Shown here in pieces: positions 1 to 9,973 of a stretch of 64,000 bases of DNA; the first letter of the stretch is position 1, and every line of letters begins with the position of its first letter. Source of the DNA: Minisyncoccota bacterium. Lineage in GTDB: Bacteria > Patescibacteriota > Minisyncoccia > Phycocordibacterales > JBAYGS01. A program made the translations under genes and the position numbers. Location of the stretch: the NCBI GenBank assembly GCA_041666545.1, contig JBAYGS010000001.1:153942-217941 (forward strand), given 5' to 3'. Under the pieces are notes generated by a model, which worked only from the letters and a program-made list of their open reading frames with translations, made no database searches and had not been told where the DNA came from.

Positions 1-48
1 AAAGCAGTTTGCTCACTCATCCCGAAAGTCTCCGCTTCGCTCCGCTTG

Positions 49-119
49 TCGGGATGCCGGGATTTGAACCCGGATCGTACGAACCCGAATCGTACATACT
101 ACCGTTATACTACATCCCG
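49..119 (-). tRNA. tRNA-Pro (anticodon CGG), CCA not encoded
   Basis: Reverse complement folds as a cloverleaf: acceptor CGGGATG/CATCCCG, anticodon arm TACGA-TTCGGGT-TCGTA, T-arm CCGGG-TTCAAAT-CCCGG. Confidence 0.93.
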
Positions 120-155
120 TTTCTTTCTTCTCCTCCTTATTTTCTTAACTACCAA

Positions 156-206
156 TCCCGACGTCAGAAGTCGGGACCCCGACCTTTGTCAGACAAAGCG
201 TCGGGG
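156..206. repeat. REP-like double hairpin (CCCGAC...GTCGGG twice)
   Basis: tcccgac-N7-gtcggga immediately followed by ccccgac-N16-gtcgggg. Confidence 0.6.
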
Positions 207-210
207 CTAG

Positions 211-618
211 TTAGAGTCCCTTACAATTTGCCGCCTTACTGTACCCGGCCTCCTCGGCGGCTGCCACCGAGTCAAACCAAATTTTATTGGCCTCACTAAT
301 CTGACTGGCCCCGGCGCACCACGGAAAGTGATATTTAGTGCCAGACTTAGATGCTACCACTTTTCCGGAGCCTTCGGCAACTGAAACGGCCGCCAGATTT
401 GACGCTTTGACCGAAACTTTGCCACTCAAATCAGCCTCTGGAACTGCCTCCGTACCGTCACTTAGCCTGACCTTAACCTCTGGCCGAGTATCGTAGATTT
501 TAGAGAGCCGACCAAGCCCAAAACTGCCAAAAGCCACCAGAATAATAAGAAGCGAGATGAAGATTTCCCGCCTTTCCCCCACCCCCTTGATTTTTAAAGC
601 CATTTCCTTTATACTCAC
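211..618 (-). CDS. Membrane-anchored protein with C-terminal Ada metal-binding-like domain
   Basis: N-terminal TM helix; C-terminal VASKSGTKYHFPWC...FDS...AEEAGY...C motif. Confidence 0.65.
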   Translation of the reverse strand: MSIKEMALKIKGVGERREIFISLLIILVAFGSFGLGRLSKIYDTRPEVKVRLSDGTEAVPEADLSGKVSVKASNLAAVSVAEGSGKVVASKSGTKYHFPWCAGASQISEANKIWFDSVAAAEEAGYSKAANCKGL

Positions 619-702
619 CTGGTTATTATATCAGTAATTTAGTGATTATTTGTAGTCTTTTTCCTTACCACTCACTACAAACTACTCACTACCAACTTCC
701 CC

Positions 703-975
703 ATGGCACATAAAAAAGCCGCCGGTTCAACTAAAAATGGTCGCGATTCAAATCCACGCTTCTTGGGCGTGAAGCTTTATGCTGGCGAAAGAGCTAAAAT
801 CGGCTCGATCATTATTCGACAAAAGGGCCGAGACACTTTGGCCGGTAAAAATGTCGGCGTCGGCAAAGATCACACCCTCTTCGCTCTTAAGGATGGCACA
901 GTTTCTTTTGGTACCAAGCGCCAAACCAAATTTAACTCTGATGTTGTCACTAAGCGAGTAGTAAATGTAAACTAG
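703..975 (+). CDS. rpmA: 50S ribosomal protein L27
   Basis: [24 protein letters not shown] signature. Confidence 0.97.
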   Translation: MAHKKAAGSTKNGRDSNPRFLGVKLYAGERAKIGSIIIRQKGRDTLAGKNVGVGKDHTLFALKDGTVSFGTKRQTKFNSDVVTKRVVNVN

Positions 976-980
976 GTATA

Positions 981-1012
981 AACAAAAAACTCCCCTAGGG
1001 GAGTTTTTTGTT
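981..1012. terminator. Bidirectional intrinsic terminator between rpmA and rplI
   Basis: aacaaaaaactcccctaggggagttttttgtt palindrome with A/T tails between convergent genes. Confidence 0.8.
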
Positions 1013-1020
1013 TTCTGAAC

Positions 1021-1467
1021 TTAATTCTTCGGTGACACTTCAAGACTAAACTCCGCTTTCTTATCACCAACCGCAATTACCAATTTAAATTTTCCGACTT
1101 CCTTAATTGGCTTATCCAGCATCACATTCTCCGGCAAAAAGTCGACCTGCAAGTTATCTTTGAGAATTTTTACAATCTCCACCTTGTGAACCTGAGCAAA
1201 CAAGTGACCTTTCTCGTTGGCCTTCTCCTCAATTTTGATTGTCTGACCTTTAATTGAATTCAAGTCTTTGAGAAGCAAATTCTCCTGAATCTTTTTTTCA
1301 GTCTCACTCTCGGCCTTCATTGTCGCCAGACGCGCAAGTGCCTTGGGAGTAGCGGCCTCTGCCAACTGCTGTGGAATGAGCGAATTAATTGCAAAACCAT
1401 CGGCAACTGTTTTGACCTCAAACTTCTTTCCGACTTTCGGCACATCCTTCATTAAGATGACTTTCAT
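1021..1467 (-). CDS. rplI: 50S ribosomal protein L9
   Basis: MKVILMKDVPKVGKKFEVKTVADGFAINSLIP; C-terminal KPIKEVG. Confidence 0.95.
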   Translation of the reverse strand: MKVILMKDVPKVGKKFEVKTVADGFAINSLIPQQLAEAATPKALARLATMKAESETEKKIQENLLLKDLNSIKGQTIKIEEKANEKGHLFAQVHKVEIVKILKDNLQVDFLPENVMLDKPIKEVGKFKLVIAVGDKKAEFSLEVSPKN

Positions 1468-1495
1468 TTTTTTAAATTAACTGCTGATAACTCTA

Positions 1496-2770
1496 TTAAT
1501 TGTTTAATAATTCAATCGCTTTATCCAACTGCACATCCTTGCCGGCCTTCACATCCTTCTCGGTCGGCTTGACCGCCACATCCGGTATCAAGCCATTTTC
1601 GGAAATTGATTTGCCGTTTGGAGTCAGCCACCTGGCAATCGTGACCTTAAACGAGGTGTCTGGAGTCAATTTTATCAATTCCTGAACTGACCCCTTACCA
1701 AAAGTTTGCTCGCCCACCAATTTGGCGACTCCATGCTCTTTTAGCGCCCCCGCCAAAATCTCGGCGGCTGAAGCCGAACCGCCATCAATCAAAATTGTCA
1801 TTTTCAGATTATCATTAAAGACATTGTAGCCTTTACTGCGATAAATTAGCGGTTCCTGCTTTTTGCCGAAATCTTCGCTTACTACCACCTTACCAACCGG
1901 TAAAAACCAGCTCGCCATATCTACCGCCGCCTCCAGGTAGCCGCCGGGATTGCCACGCAAATCAAGAACCAGTTTGTTGGTACCGGAGAGGGCGAACTCA
2001 CGAAGTGATTGGCGGAACAAATCGGCCGAATTAACCGAAAAATTGTAGAGTCGCAGAACAAAAACGCCATTTGCGAGAGTGCCGTTGCCTTGCGCATCAA
2101 CCGAGAGAGTACTTCTGACTTCGGTATCGACAGTTGGGATGTTGATGGTCTCGCGAGTAATTGAGAACTCCTTGGGACCGCCGTCGCCATTTCTCAAAAC
2201 CGTCAACTTTACGACCGTACCTTCTTTACCGCGAATAAGTTTAACTGCCTTCTCAACCGGAAAATCCGATGATAGTTGATTGTCAATTTTAATGATTTTA
2301 TCGCCCGGTTTTAGTCCGGCCCGCTCGGCAGGGCTACCTTTAAGTGGCGAAACTACCACCAGGACTCCCTCGCGAATTCCAACTTCCATACCAACGCCAG
2401 AGAAATTACCGTTAATTTCGCTTTCGAAAATTTTCGCGTCATCCGGCGGGAAAAAAACCGTATAAGGATCGCCCAAAGAGGAGGCCAAGCCCTGAATTGC
2501 ACCCCAAACCCGCTTTTGATTGCTGGTAGTCGTAGCCGCTTTACCCGTCGGCACAAATTTATCATCGATAGTTTTCCAGGCTTCCCAAAAAGGAGCGAAG
2601 TCGACAGCCTCCACCGAAGCTGAAGCCTCTTTGTTAATAACTGAATTAATTTGTGAAATTGCCGGCTGATTTTCCCGTCCAAGGTAAACTCCGGAGGCAA
2701 AGGAAATCCCTAATGCCCCGATTACAACTAAAGCAACAACAATTTTTTGCCAGTTTCGCATGGGCTCCAT
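1496..2770 (-). CDS. S41 family carboxy-terminal processing protease (PDZ + peptidase)
   Basis: DPYT, GVGMEV PDZ, DLRGNPGG, SASAAEI, TFGKGSVQ motifs; start 2770 or 2761. Confidence 0.93.
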   Translation of the reverse strand: MEPMRNWQKIVVALVVIGALGISFASGVYLGRENQPAISQINSVINKEASASVEAVDFAPFWEAWKTIDDKFVPTGKAATTTSNQKRVWGAIQGLASSLGDPYTVFFPPDDAKIFESEINGNFSGVGMEVGIREGVLVVVSPLKGSPAERAGLKPGDKIIKIDNQLSSDFPVEKAVKLIRGKEGTVVKLTVLRNGDGGPKEFSITRETINIPTVDTEVRSTLSVDAQGNGTLANGVFVLRLYNFSVNSADLFRQSLREFALSGTNKLVLDLRGNPGGYLEAAVDMASWFLPVGKVVVSEDFGKKQEPLIYRSKGYNVFNDNLKMTILIDGGSASAAEILAGALKEHGVAKLVGEQTFGKGSVQELIKLTPDTSFKVTIARWLTPNGKSISENGLIPDVAVKPTEKDVKAGKDVQLDKAIELLNN

Positions 2771-2877
2771 TATCTCAAAGCTAGTCGCCAGGAGCAAGCT
2801 TTACGAACACTTGAAAGCCACATAAAAAAACCGCCACGACTTCAGTCGCAACGGTTTGGCTTTAACAAGAACTATAA

Positions 2878-4572
2878 CTATTCTGAGGACGGCAGACCTT
2901 GAGCCTTGCGAATTTTTAGATCAAGTCGATTCAAGGCACTTAAAATCGCCCTAATCGAAGCGTTTTCGCTGTTGGTATCCGTACCTGCTCCCCAGCAACG
3001 CCAACCTTTGGAATTTTCAATCTGAACATAGGCAATGGCCTCGGCACTCTCGCCGACACCCAGAGAATGTTCGTGGTAAGAGACAACAGTAAAATAATCC
3101 GCCAGGGCTTGAGTTAGCAGAGCTTGAACAAAGGCCGAGATGGGACCGTTGCCAGCACCGGTAACCCACTCCACTTTGTAGTCGTGAAGAATTTCGGCGT
3201 TGCAGACGCATTCGCCGTCACCTGTCGATTTAAACTTAACGAGCGACCAGGGATAATCGAGTGCAATGTATTCCTTATAAAACATCTCTCTCAATTCGGT
3301 CGGCGTCACTTCGCGCCCCAGAGAATCTACTTGGTCATTTGCGATGGGTCCAAACTCCCTCTGCATTTCCTTCGGCAAAAGTATGCCGAATTCTTTTTCC
3401 AAGAGGTAGGCAACCCCGCCTTTGCCGGATTGACTATTAACCCGAATGACTTCCCGATATTGCCGACCGATATCTTGCGGATCAATCGGTAAATACGGAA
3501 CATCCCAAACTATTCGACCATCCGCTTCGCGCTCCGCCAGGGCCTTTTTGATGGCGTCCTGATGAGAGCCACTGAAAGCCGTAAGTACCAGCTCACCCGA
3601 AAATGGCTGACGAGGCGGGACAAGCATGCCCGTACACTGTTCGCAAACCTGGCGAATCGCGCCAAGTTCACTGAAGTCCAAACCAGGGTCGATGCCGTGC
3701 ATCAAGAGGTTTAAGGCCAAGACCACAATGTCCAAATTGCCCGTCCGCTCGCCATTTCCGAAAAGCGTACCCTCGACTCTGTCGGCGCCTGCCAACAATC
3801 CCAACTCGGTAGCGGCAATACCCGTACCCCGATCATTATGTGTGTGCAAACTGATAATCAAAGACTCGCGCCATTTAATATTTGTGCACATCCACTCAAT
3901 CTGGTCGGCGTAAACATTCGGCATCGCAACCTCGACGGTCGACGGTAGGTTTAGAATCATCTTCCGCTCCGGTGTCGGCTGCCAAACATCCATGACCGCC
4001 TCAGCAATTTCTTTTGAGAATTCAACTTCAGTGGCTGAAAAACTTTCAGGAGAATACTGGAGCGTCACCTGGGTCCCAACAAGCAACCCCAACCGATTTT
4101 TTATCAGTTCTGCGCCATAGACAGCAAGCGCCTTGATTTCGGCCTTGGACTTGCAGAAAACAACCCGGCGCTGCGCCGGAGAAGTTGAGTTATACAGATG
4201 AATGATAACCCGCTTGGCCCCAACGAGCGCTTTGAAAGTGGCGTCAATCAAATCTTCGCGGGCCTGAACCAACACCTGAATGGTCACATCATCGGGGATA
4301 TGTCCGCCTTCGATTAGAAGCCGCGTGAAGCGATACTCGGTGTTCGAAGCAGATGGAAAACCGATTTCAATTTCTTTGAAACCAAGCCTAACGAGTAACT
4401 GAAACATCGCCAGTTTCTGGGCGACATTCATCGGCACCGGAAGAGCTTGATTGCCATCGCGCAGATCTACACTCGCCCAGATTGGCGCCCGTGTCAAAAC
4501 TCGGGACGGCCACTTGCGGTCAGGTAAGACAATAACAGGAAAAGACGCGTACTTGCCAGGTTTAATTTTCAT
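2878..4572 (-). CDS. leuA: 2-isopropylmalate synthase (type 2, yeast/actinobacterial-like)
   Basis: VDLRDGNQAL, HTHNDRG, GNGERTGN, AFSGSHQDAI, RVNSQSGKGG, C-terminal regulatory domain GNGPI; ATG at 4572 preferred. Confidence 0.95.
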   Translation of the reverse strand: MKIKPGKYASFPVIVLPDRKWPSRVLTRAPIWASVDLRDGNQALPVPMNVAQKLAMFQLLVRLGFKEIEIGFPSASNTEYRFTRLLIEGGHIPDDVTIQVLVQAREDLIDATFKALVGAKRVIIHLYNSTSPAQRRVVFCKSKAEIKALAVYGAELIKNRLGLLVGTQVTLQYSPESFSATEVEFSKEIAEAVMDVWQPTPERKMILNLPSTVEVAMPNVYADQIEWMCTNIKWRESLIISLHTHNDRGTGIAATELGLLAGADRVEGTLFGNGERTGNLDIVVLALNLLMHGIDPGLDFSELGAIRQVCEQCTGMLVPPRQPFSGELVLTAFSGSHQDAIKKALAEREADGRIVWDVPYLPIDPQDIGRQYREVIRVNSQSGKGGVAYLLEKEFGILLPKEMQREFGPIANDQVDSLGREVTPTELREMFYKEYIALDYPWSLVKFKSTGDGECVCNAEILHDYKVEWVTGAGNGPISAFVQALLTQALADYFTVVSYHEHSLGVGESAEAIAYVQIENSKGWRCWGAGTDTNSENASIRAILSALNRLDLKIRKAQGLPSSE

Positions 4573-4652
4573 AACAAGGAGTGGTTTCGGATACAATTAT
4601 GTTGTTTTTCAAGGAACAGCCCCCCACTTTTTATCGAGACTCTAGTCTAGAC

Positions 4653-4682
4653 AAAAATCAGCGTCTTCGGGTGAAGAGCTGA
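4653..4682 (-). terminator. Attenuator terminator upstream of leuA
   Basis: UCAGC-UCUUC-accc-GAAGA-c-GCUGA followed by UUUUU on the minus strand. Confidence 0.75.
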
Positions 4683-4724
4683 CTTGTGTTCACAATCTAC
4701 CTTAATTCTCCTTGTCTACATTAA

Positions 4725-4808
4725 CTAGATTTTGAATACGAGCAAACTCTCCACCGTAGGGAGGAGCAAGAGACCCGAGAGCAAACTCTTGTGACTCGTA
4801 TTATTCAT
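4725..4808 (-). CDS. Leu-rich leader peptide (27 aa, MNNTSHKSLLSGLLLLPTVESLLVFKI)
   Basis: Hand translation; 8 Leu codons; lies between a TTGACA-N17-TAATAT promoter (~4815-4843) and the terminator before leuA. Confidence 0.8.
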   Translation of the reverse strand: MNNTSHKSLLSGLLLLPTVESLLVFKI

Positions 4809-4906
4809 AGCGACCATATTACTTCGACACTGAAACAATGTCAAGAAATCTGCAGCCAACTTCAATCGGACATAGCCTAACCTTAACGGGATGATATAAT
4901 ATTCCC

Positions 4907-5827
4907 ATGATTAATATCTACACCTACAAAAAACTCAAATGGATTGACTTGGAGTCTCCGACCAAGGATGAAATTCGTTCGATTATGGAAGAGTACCGGA
5001 TTCACCCCCTAATCGCCGATGAATTGATCAATCCCAGCCTCAAGCAAAAGGTTGATCTCTATAAGGATTTCATTTATCTAATTCTCCACTTCCCCGCCCT
5101 GAAGCACAGTCACCAGAAAACTGCCGGCGCCAACCAGGAAATTGATTTCGTCATCGGCAAAGATGTCATTATCACCTCGCACTACGACACAGTCGACCCT
5201 CTCCATGAATTTGCAAAAATTTTCGAGGTCAACAGCATTCTCGACAAAAGTCATATTGGCGACCATGCCGGCTTCATTTTCTATCACATGATGAAAAGCA
5301 TCTATCGCGCCAGCACCAATGAGTTGGAGGCGATTGAAGACTCGCTCAAAGAAATCGAGACCCAGATTTTTGCCGGCGAAGAGCGCGCCATGGTTTTCGC
5401 TCTTTCCAAAATCAGCCGAAATTTGCTGAATTTCAAAACCACGATTTCACTCCATAACGACATTCTTCAATCCTTCGAAGCAGCCGGTAAAATATTTTTC
5501 GCTGGCGAATTTGAGCACTATCTTCAAGCAATCAGCAGTGAATATTTCAAAGTCGACAAGATTATCAAAAGCCACATCGAGGCTTTGGCCGAATTGCGCG
5601 AGACGAACAATTCCCTTCTTTCTACAAAGCAAAATGAAATTATGACAACCCTCACGGTCATGGCCTTCATCATCTTGCCTTTATCGTTCATTTCTTCGCT
5701 CTACAGCATGAACACCTCCTTTTGGCCCTTCGTTGGCGTGAAAAATGACTTCTGGATTATCTCCGGCACGATGGCAATAATCGGCATAATTATTTTCCTG
5801 GCCTTCAAGCGGAAACGCTGGCTGTAG
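4907..5827 (+). CDS. corA: CorA family Mg2+/divalent cation transporter
   Basis: WIDLESP N-terminus, two C-terminal TMs with YSMN (variant of GMN). Confidence 0.88.
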   Translation: MINIYTYKKLKWIDLESPTKDEIRSIMEEYRIHPLIADELINPSLKQKVDLYKDFIYLILHFPALKHSHQKTAGANQEIDFVIGKDVIITSHYDTVDPLHEFAKIFEVNSILDKSHIGDHAGFIFYHMMKSIYRASTNELEAIEDSLKEIETQIFAGEERAMVFALSKISRNLLNFKTTISLHNDILQSFEAAGKIFFAGEFEHYLQAISSEYFKVDKIIKSHIEALAELRETNNSLLSTKQNEIMTTLTVMAFIILPLSFISSLYSMNTSFWPFVGVKNDFWIISGTMAIIGIIIFLAFKRKRWL

Positions 5828-5901
5828 GCGCGAGGCGCGCCAGAATTAGGAATTGGAAATTATGAATTCAAATTCCTCACTTAATTCATAACCCATAATT
5901 C

Positions 5902-7275
5902 ATGATTCAACTCTACAACACTCTGACCAAGCAAAAGGAAAATTTCGCCCCGATAAAAGCAGGTGAAGTTTCGATGTATCACTGCGGACCGACGGTCTAC
6001 AACTATGCGCACCTGGGCAACTTACGCGCTTATGTTTTTGCCGATTTGCTGAGGCGAGTTTTCGAATATGAAAATTTCAAGGTTAAACAAGTCGTGAACA
6101 TCACCGATGTCGGCCAGCTTGTAAGTGACGCCGACTCCGGCGAGGATAAGATGACTAAAGCCCTGAAACGCGAAGGCAAGCCTCTGACCTTGGAGGCTAT
6201 GGCTGAATTGGCCAATTTTTACACCCAAGCCTTCGTCTCTGACCTCAGAGCTTTGAACATTCTCACTCCCGACTATCTGCCAAAAGCCAGCGAGCACATT
6301 AATGACGATATTGAGGTCATCAAAAAATTGGAGACTAAGGGCTTCACTTATAAAACCTCCGATGGAATTTATTTTGCTGTCGGCAAACTGCCAACTTACG
6401 GAAAGCTGGGTGGCTTAAATCAGGAAAATAAGCAGGCGCGAATTTCCGCCAATCTGGAAAAGCAGGACCAACGCGACTTCACCCTCTGGAAATTCGATGG
6501 CCAAATCGGGTGGGAAAGTCCTTGGGGCAAAGGCTTCCCCGGTTGGCACATCGAGTGCTCCGCCATGTCGGAAAAATATTTGGGGCAACCTTTTGACATT
6601 CACACCGGCGGCATCGACCACATTCCGGTTCACCACAATAACGAAATTGCTCAAAGCGAAGCGGCTAATGACAAACCACTCGCTAACTTTTGGTTGCACA
6701 GCGCTTTTCTCACCTTGGCTGCCGGCGAAAAGATGGCCAAGTCAGAAGATAATTTTTTAACTATCGATTCGCTCCTCAAGCTCAGGACCAGTCCCCTCGC
6801 CTACCGCTATCTGCTGCTTACCACTCACTATCGAAGTCCGCTAAATTTTTCTGTGCCGGTCGTAACAGCCTCCGAAGTTGCTCTCGGCCGTTTACGAAAT
6901 TTTGTCTCCGGGATCAAATCTGCCGGAAAAATTGAACCGAATTACCAAAAACAATTCAACGAATTTATTTCTGACGATTTAGACCTGCCAAAAGCTCTGG
7001 CCCTGGCTTGGGAATTAGTTAAAGATGACAAAATTTCTGCACCGGATAAAAAGGCCACCTTGCTTGATTTTGATCGAGTTTTTGGGCTCACTTTAGATAG
7101 AGTTGAAACTTTTGAGATCCCGACAGCTATAGCGGAGCTTGTCACAGAGAGACAAGCCGCGCGGGAGAAATCCGACTGGAGTTTGGCGGATCAATTGCGC
7201 AAGCAAATCGAGGATCAAGGTTTCGAAGTTTTGGACTCCAAATCCGGCCAGGAAATTAAAAAGGCCAATCGCTAG
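5902..7275 (+). CDS. cysS: Cysteine--tRNA ligase
   Basis: CGPTVYNYAHLGN, PGWHIECSAM, KMAKS. Confidence 0.97.
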   Translation: MIQLYNTLTKQKENFAPIKAGEVSMYHCGPTVYNYAHLGNLRAYVFADLLRRVFEYENFKVKQVVNITDVGQLVSDADSGEDKMTKALKREGKPLTLEAMAELANFYTQAFVSDLRALNILTPDYLPKASEHINDDIEVIKKLETKGFTYKTSDGIYFAVGKLPTYGKLGGLNQENKQARISANLEKQDQRDFTLWKFDGQIGWESPWGKGFPGWHIECSAMSEKYLGQPFDIHTGGIDHIPVHHNNEIAQSEAANDKPLANFWLHSAFLTLAAGEKMAKSEDNFLTIDSLLKLRTSPLAYRYLLLTTHYRSPLNFSVPVVTASEVALGRLRNFVSGIKSAGKIEPNYQKQFNEFISDDLDLPKALALAWELVKDDKISAPDKKATLLDFDRVFGLTLDRVETFEIPTAIAELVTERQAAREKSDWSLADQLRKQIEDQGFEVLDSKSGQEIKKANR

Positions 7276-7298
7276 ATCGGCCCTTAACTTACTCGCTT

Positions 7299-7481
7299 CT
7301 AGAGAACCTCCAAAGGATCAGGCTTTCTTGGCAGCTTGTGACCGGCGTGACGAACCTTGCGAAGTTCCAGACTCAACGCCTGCCAATCGGCCTGTTCTCG
7401 TAAGGCCTCGCTCGAGACCGCAAAACCACGTTTAGGTTTGGCTGTCCTACCAGTTAACCGCCTTTTGGGTTGTGAGCTCAT
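7299..7481 (-). CDS. Small basic orphan protein
   Basis: 60-codon ORF behind a TTGACC-N16-TACTAT promoter (~7515-7542) and purine-rich RBS. Confidence 0.5.
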   Translation of the reverse strand: MSSQPKRRLTGRTAKPKRGFAVSSEALREQADWQALSLELRKVRHAGHKLPRKPDPLEVL

Positions 7482-7626
7482 TTTGGTCTCTCTTTCGTGG
7501 ACTGTTCTTCGCAAATAGTAGCACCCAGACCGCAGAGGTCAAGACAAAAAGCAATACACAGTTTGACCACAGTTTGTGCGATTTTTTGGATTGCGCAGTT
7601 TAAGGAACGCCCGTAGAATTAATCCA

Positions 7627-9021
7627 ATGCACGAGAATAATAAAAAATCTTTGCGAGTACCGCCACACAACCTCGAATCCGAGCAGGCGCTTTTGGGATC
7701 AGTAATGCTACGCCCGGATGCTCTAAACGAAGTTCTGGATCTCGTAAACGCCGAATCTTTTTACACCGAAAGACATCGTCTGATCTATGAGACCATGATC
7801 GAGCTCTGGGGCAAAGGCCAAGCCATCGACAGCCTAACTCTTTCCGCTCGTCTCAATGACAAGGGAGCTTTGGAGCAAGTCGGCGGTATGAGTTATCTTT
7901 CGGAACTCACCAACGCCGTCCCCTCATCCGTCAATGTCGAGCACTACGCCAAAATTGTTCAGAAAAAATATATGATGCGCCGGCTTATTCACGCCTCCGA
8001 GCAAATCGGCGCTTTAGGCTACAACGAGGAAAATGAGCTCGAAGAGATTATGGACGAAGCGGAAAAACATGTCTATGACATTTCCAACAACTCAAGCGTC
8101 CACAAATATATCACCATGGGGGATGCTCTCGATGAAGCTTGGGAGCGCCTCGACAAGCTTCATAAGTCCGGCAACGAACTGCGTGGCGTGCCAACCGGTT
8201 TTCCGGGTCTAGATGACAAATTAGCTGGCCTCCAAAAATCCGACCTGATTATTTTGGCCGCTCGACCGTCGATGGGTAAAACTTCGCTCGCTCTTGATAT
8301 TGCCCGCCAGGCCGCCATCACCCACAAAATTCCTGTGGCCATCTTTTCTTTGGAAATGAGCTCTCAGCAACTGGTCGACCGTATGCTCGCCGCCGAGTCC
8401 CGAGTCGACGCTTGGAAACTTCGCACCGGTAAGCTCTCCATGGAGCAAGACTTCGGCAAGATTCGAGATTCGCTCGCCAGCCTTTCCAAGGCCCCGATTT
8501 ACATCGATGACCAGGCCGGCAACAACATTTTGAAAATGCGCGCCATTGCGAGAAGACTTAAAAGCGAAAAGGGTCTCGGTCTCATTGTGGTCGACTACTT
8601 ACAACTCATGGTCCCGACCAACTCCCACAAGACCGACAACTTGGTCCAGCAAGTCACGGAAATCTCCCGTTCCCTTAAAAATTTGGCCCGCGAACTTGAT
8701 GTGCCGGTCCTAGCGCTTTCCCAGTTATCCCGTGCCGTCGAAGCTCGTGGCGGTAAACCTCGCCTCTCCGACCTCCGCGATTCCGGCTCCATCGAGCAGG
8801 ACGCCGATGTGGTTCTCTTCATTCATCGTGAACGCGAGGAAGACACTAGTAAGGGTAGCAAATCAAATGTGGCAGAAATTATGATCGAAAAACACCGCAA
8901 CGGGCCAACCGGCACAGTTCAACTTTACTTTGATGACCGCAAGTCCACCTTCCTAAGCGTCGAAAAATCTGACTTCGGCGATTTTGACACTGCCGGCGGA
9001 GAGGGTGCCTCAATTATATGA
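7627..9021 (+). CDS. dnaB: Replicative DNA helicase
   Basis: PPHNLESEQALLG, AARPSMGKT, DYLQLM, LSQLSR, SDLRDSGSIEQDAD; ATG at 7627. Confidence 0.97.
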   Translation: MHENNKKSLRVPPHNLESEQALLGSVMLRPDALNEVLDLVNAESFYTERHRLIYETMIELWGKGQAIDSLTLSARLNDKGALEQVGGMSYLSELTNAVPSSVNVEHYAKIVQKKYMMRRLIHASEQIGALGYNEENELEEIMDEAEKHVYDISNNSSVHKYITMGDALDEAWERLDKLHKSGNELRGVPTGFPGLDDKLAGLQKSDLIILAARPSMGKTSLALDIARQAAITHKIPVAIFSLEMSSQQLVDRMLAAESRVDAWKLRTGKLSMEQDFGKIRDSLASLSKAPIYIDDQAGNNILKMRAIARRLKSEKGLGLIVVDYLQLMVPTNSHKTDNLVQQVTEISRSLKNLARELDVPVLALSQLSRAVEARGGKPRLSDLRDSGSIEQDADVVLFIHREREEDTSKGSKSNVAEIMIEKHRNGPTGTVQLYFDDRKSTFLSVEKSDFGDFDTAGGEGASII

Positions 9022-9629
9022 ACGCCATCGACAAATTAGTTGAAAAGTTTCGAAACTTTCCGGGAATTGGGCCCCGCCAGGCGCGTCGTTTCGCCTACTT
9101 CCTTTTAAGCCAACCGCCCACCGCCCTAAAAGAGCTCGCTTCACTAATCGCCGAACTAAGAGGCAACATTATCGCCTGTCAAAAATGTCAGCGTTATTTT
9201 GAAAAGGAGCGCGCAGGCAATCCAATCTGTAATATCTGCCGAGACAAAAATCGCGAAGCCGAAACTTTAATGATAGTCGCCCGAGATATTGATTTGGAAA
9301 GCATCGAGAAAGCCAACAGCTACCACGGCAACTATTTTATTCTTGGCGGCAACCTGCCGATTCTCGAACCGGAGCCCGAAAAGAAAATTCGTTTACAACT
9401 TTTGCTTAATCGAGTCGGATCCGAGCCGGCAATCAAGGAAATCATCTTGGCCATGAATTTAAACCCCGACGGCGAACACACCGGTGATTTTGTTGAGGCT
9501 GAATTGAGGAGAAACTTTGCCGACCGCGACATTAAAATTAGCCACCTAGGCCGTGGCCTCTCGACCGGTGCGGAACTCGAATACGCCGACCGAGAGACAA
9601 TCAAGAGCGCCCTCAAAAATCGCTTCTAG
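9018..9629 (+). CDS. recR: Recombination mediator RecR
   Basis: PGIGPRQARR HhH, CxxC..CxxC zinc finger, Toprim, GAELEYAD. Confidence 0.93.
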   Translation: MNAIDKLVEKFRNFPGIGPRQARRFAYFLLSQPPTALKELASLIAELRGNIIACQKCQRYFEKERAGNPICNICRDKNREAETLMIVARDIDLESIEKANSYHGNYFILGGNLPILEPEPEKKIRLQLLLNRVGSEPAIKEIILAMNLNPDGEHTGDFVEAELRRNFADRDIKISHLGRGLSTGAELEYADRETIKSALKNRF

Positions 9630-9705
9630 CTTTCGGTAGACAAGTCGATTGATTTTTCCAAGCGGGGTGATACTATTTTAGTAGAAATCTCAACAAAAGG
9701 ATGTT

Positions 9706-9864
9706 ATGCAAGCCCTGCTTAGCCTGCCCATCCTTTTAATCATTGGCTGGGCACTTTCGATTCACGATCCGAACAAGCCTGTAGTAGGCAAACTTCAGGA
9801 ACTGCTTTGGATTGCCGCCTCATGCGCCTTCGGTTTTGGCTTCGCCGCCATAATCTGCCACTAG
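9706..9864 (+). CDS. Small two-TM orphan protein (52 aa), absent from ORF track
   Basis: MQALLSLPILLIIGWALSIHDPNKPVVGKLQELLWIAASCAFGFGFAAIICH; AAGGA SD and TGaTACTAT -10 upstream. Confidence 0.55.
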   Translation: MQALLSLPILLIIGWALSIHDPNKPVVGKLQELLWIAASCAFGFGFAAIICH

Positions 9865-9973
9865 CCAGTACAAAGTGGCCAAGAGAAAAACCTCCGTCCC
9901 AACTGTACCGCAAACCCTACCGGGCTTGCGGTTTTAGCTTAATAAAAAAACCGACCCTAGTGGATCGGTTTTT

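Noticed and set aside
9-299. Short alternate-frame and antisense ORFs, e.g. 9-299, 27646-28158, 43917-44327, 60188-60838, 62606-63942
   Set aside because: Shadows of the tRNA or of well-supported genes, with no motifs or expression signals
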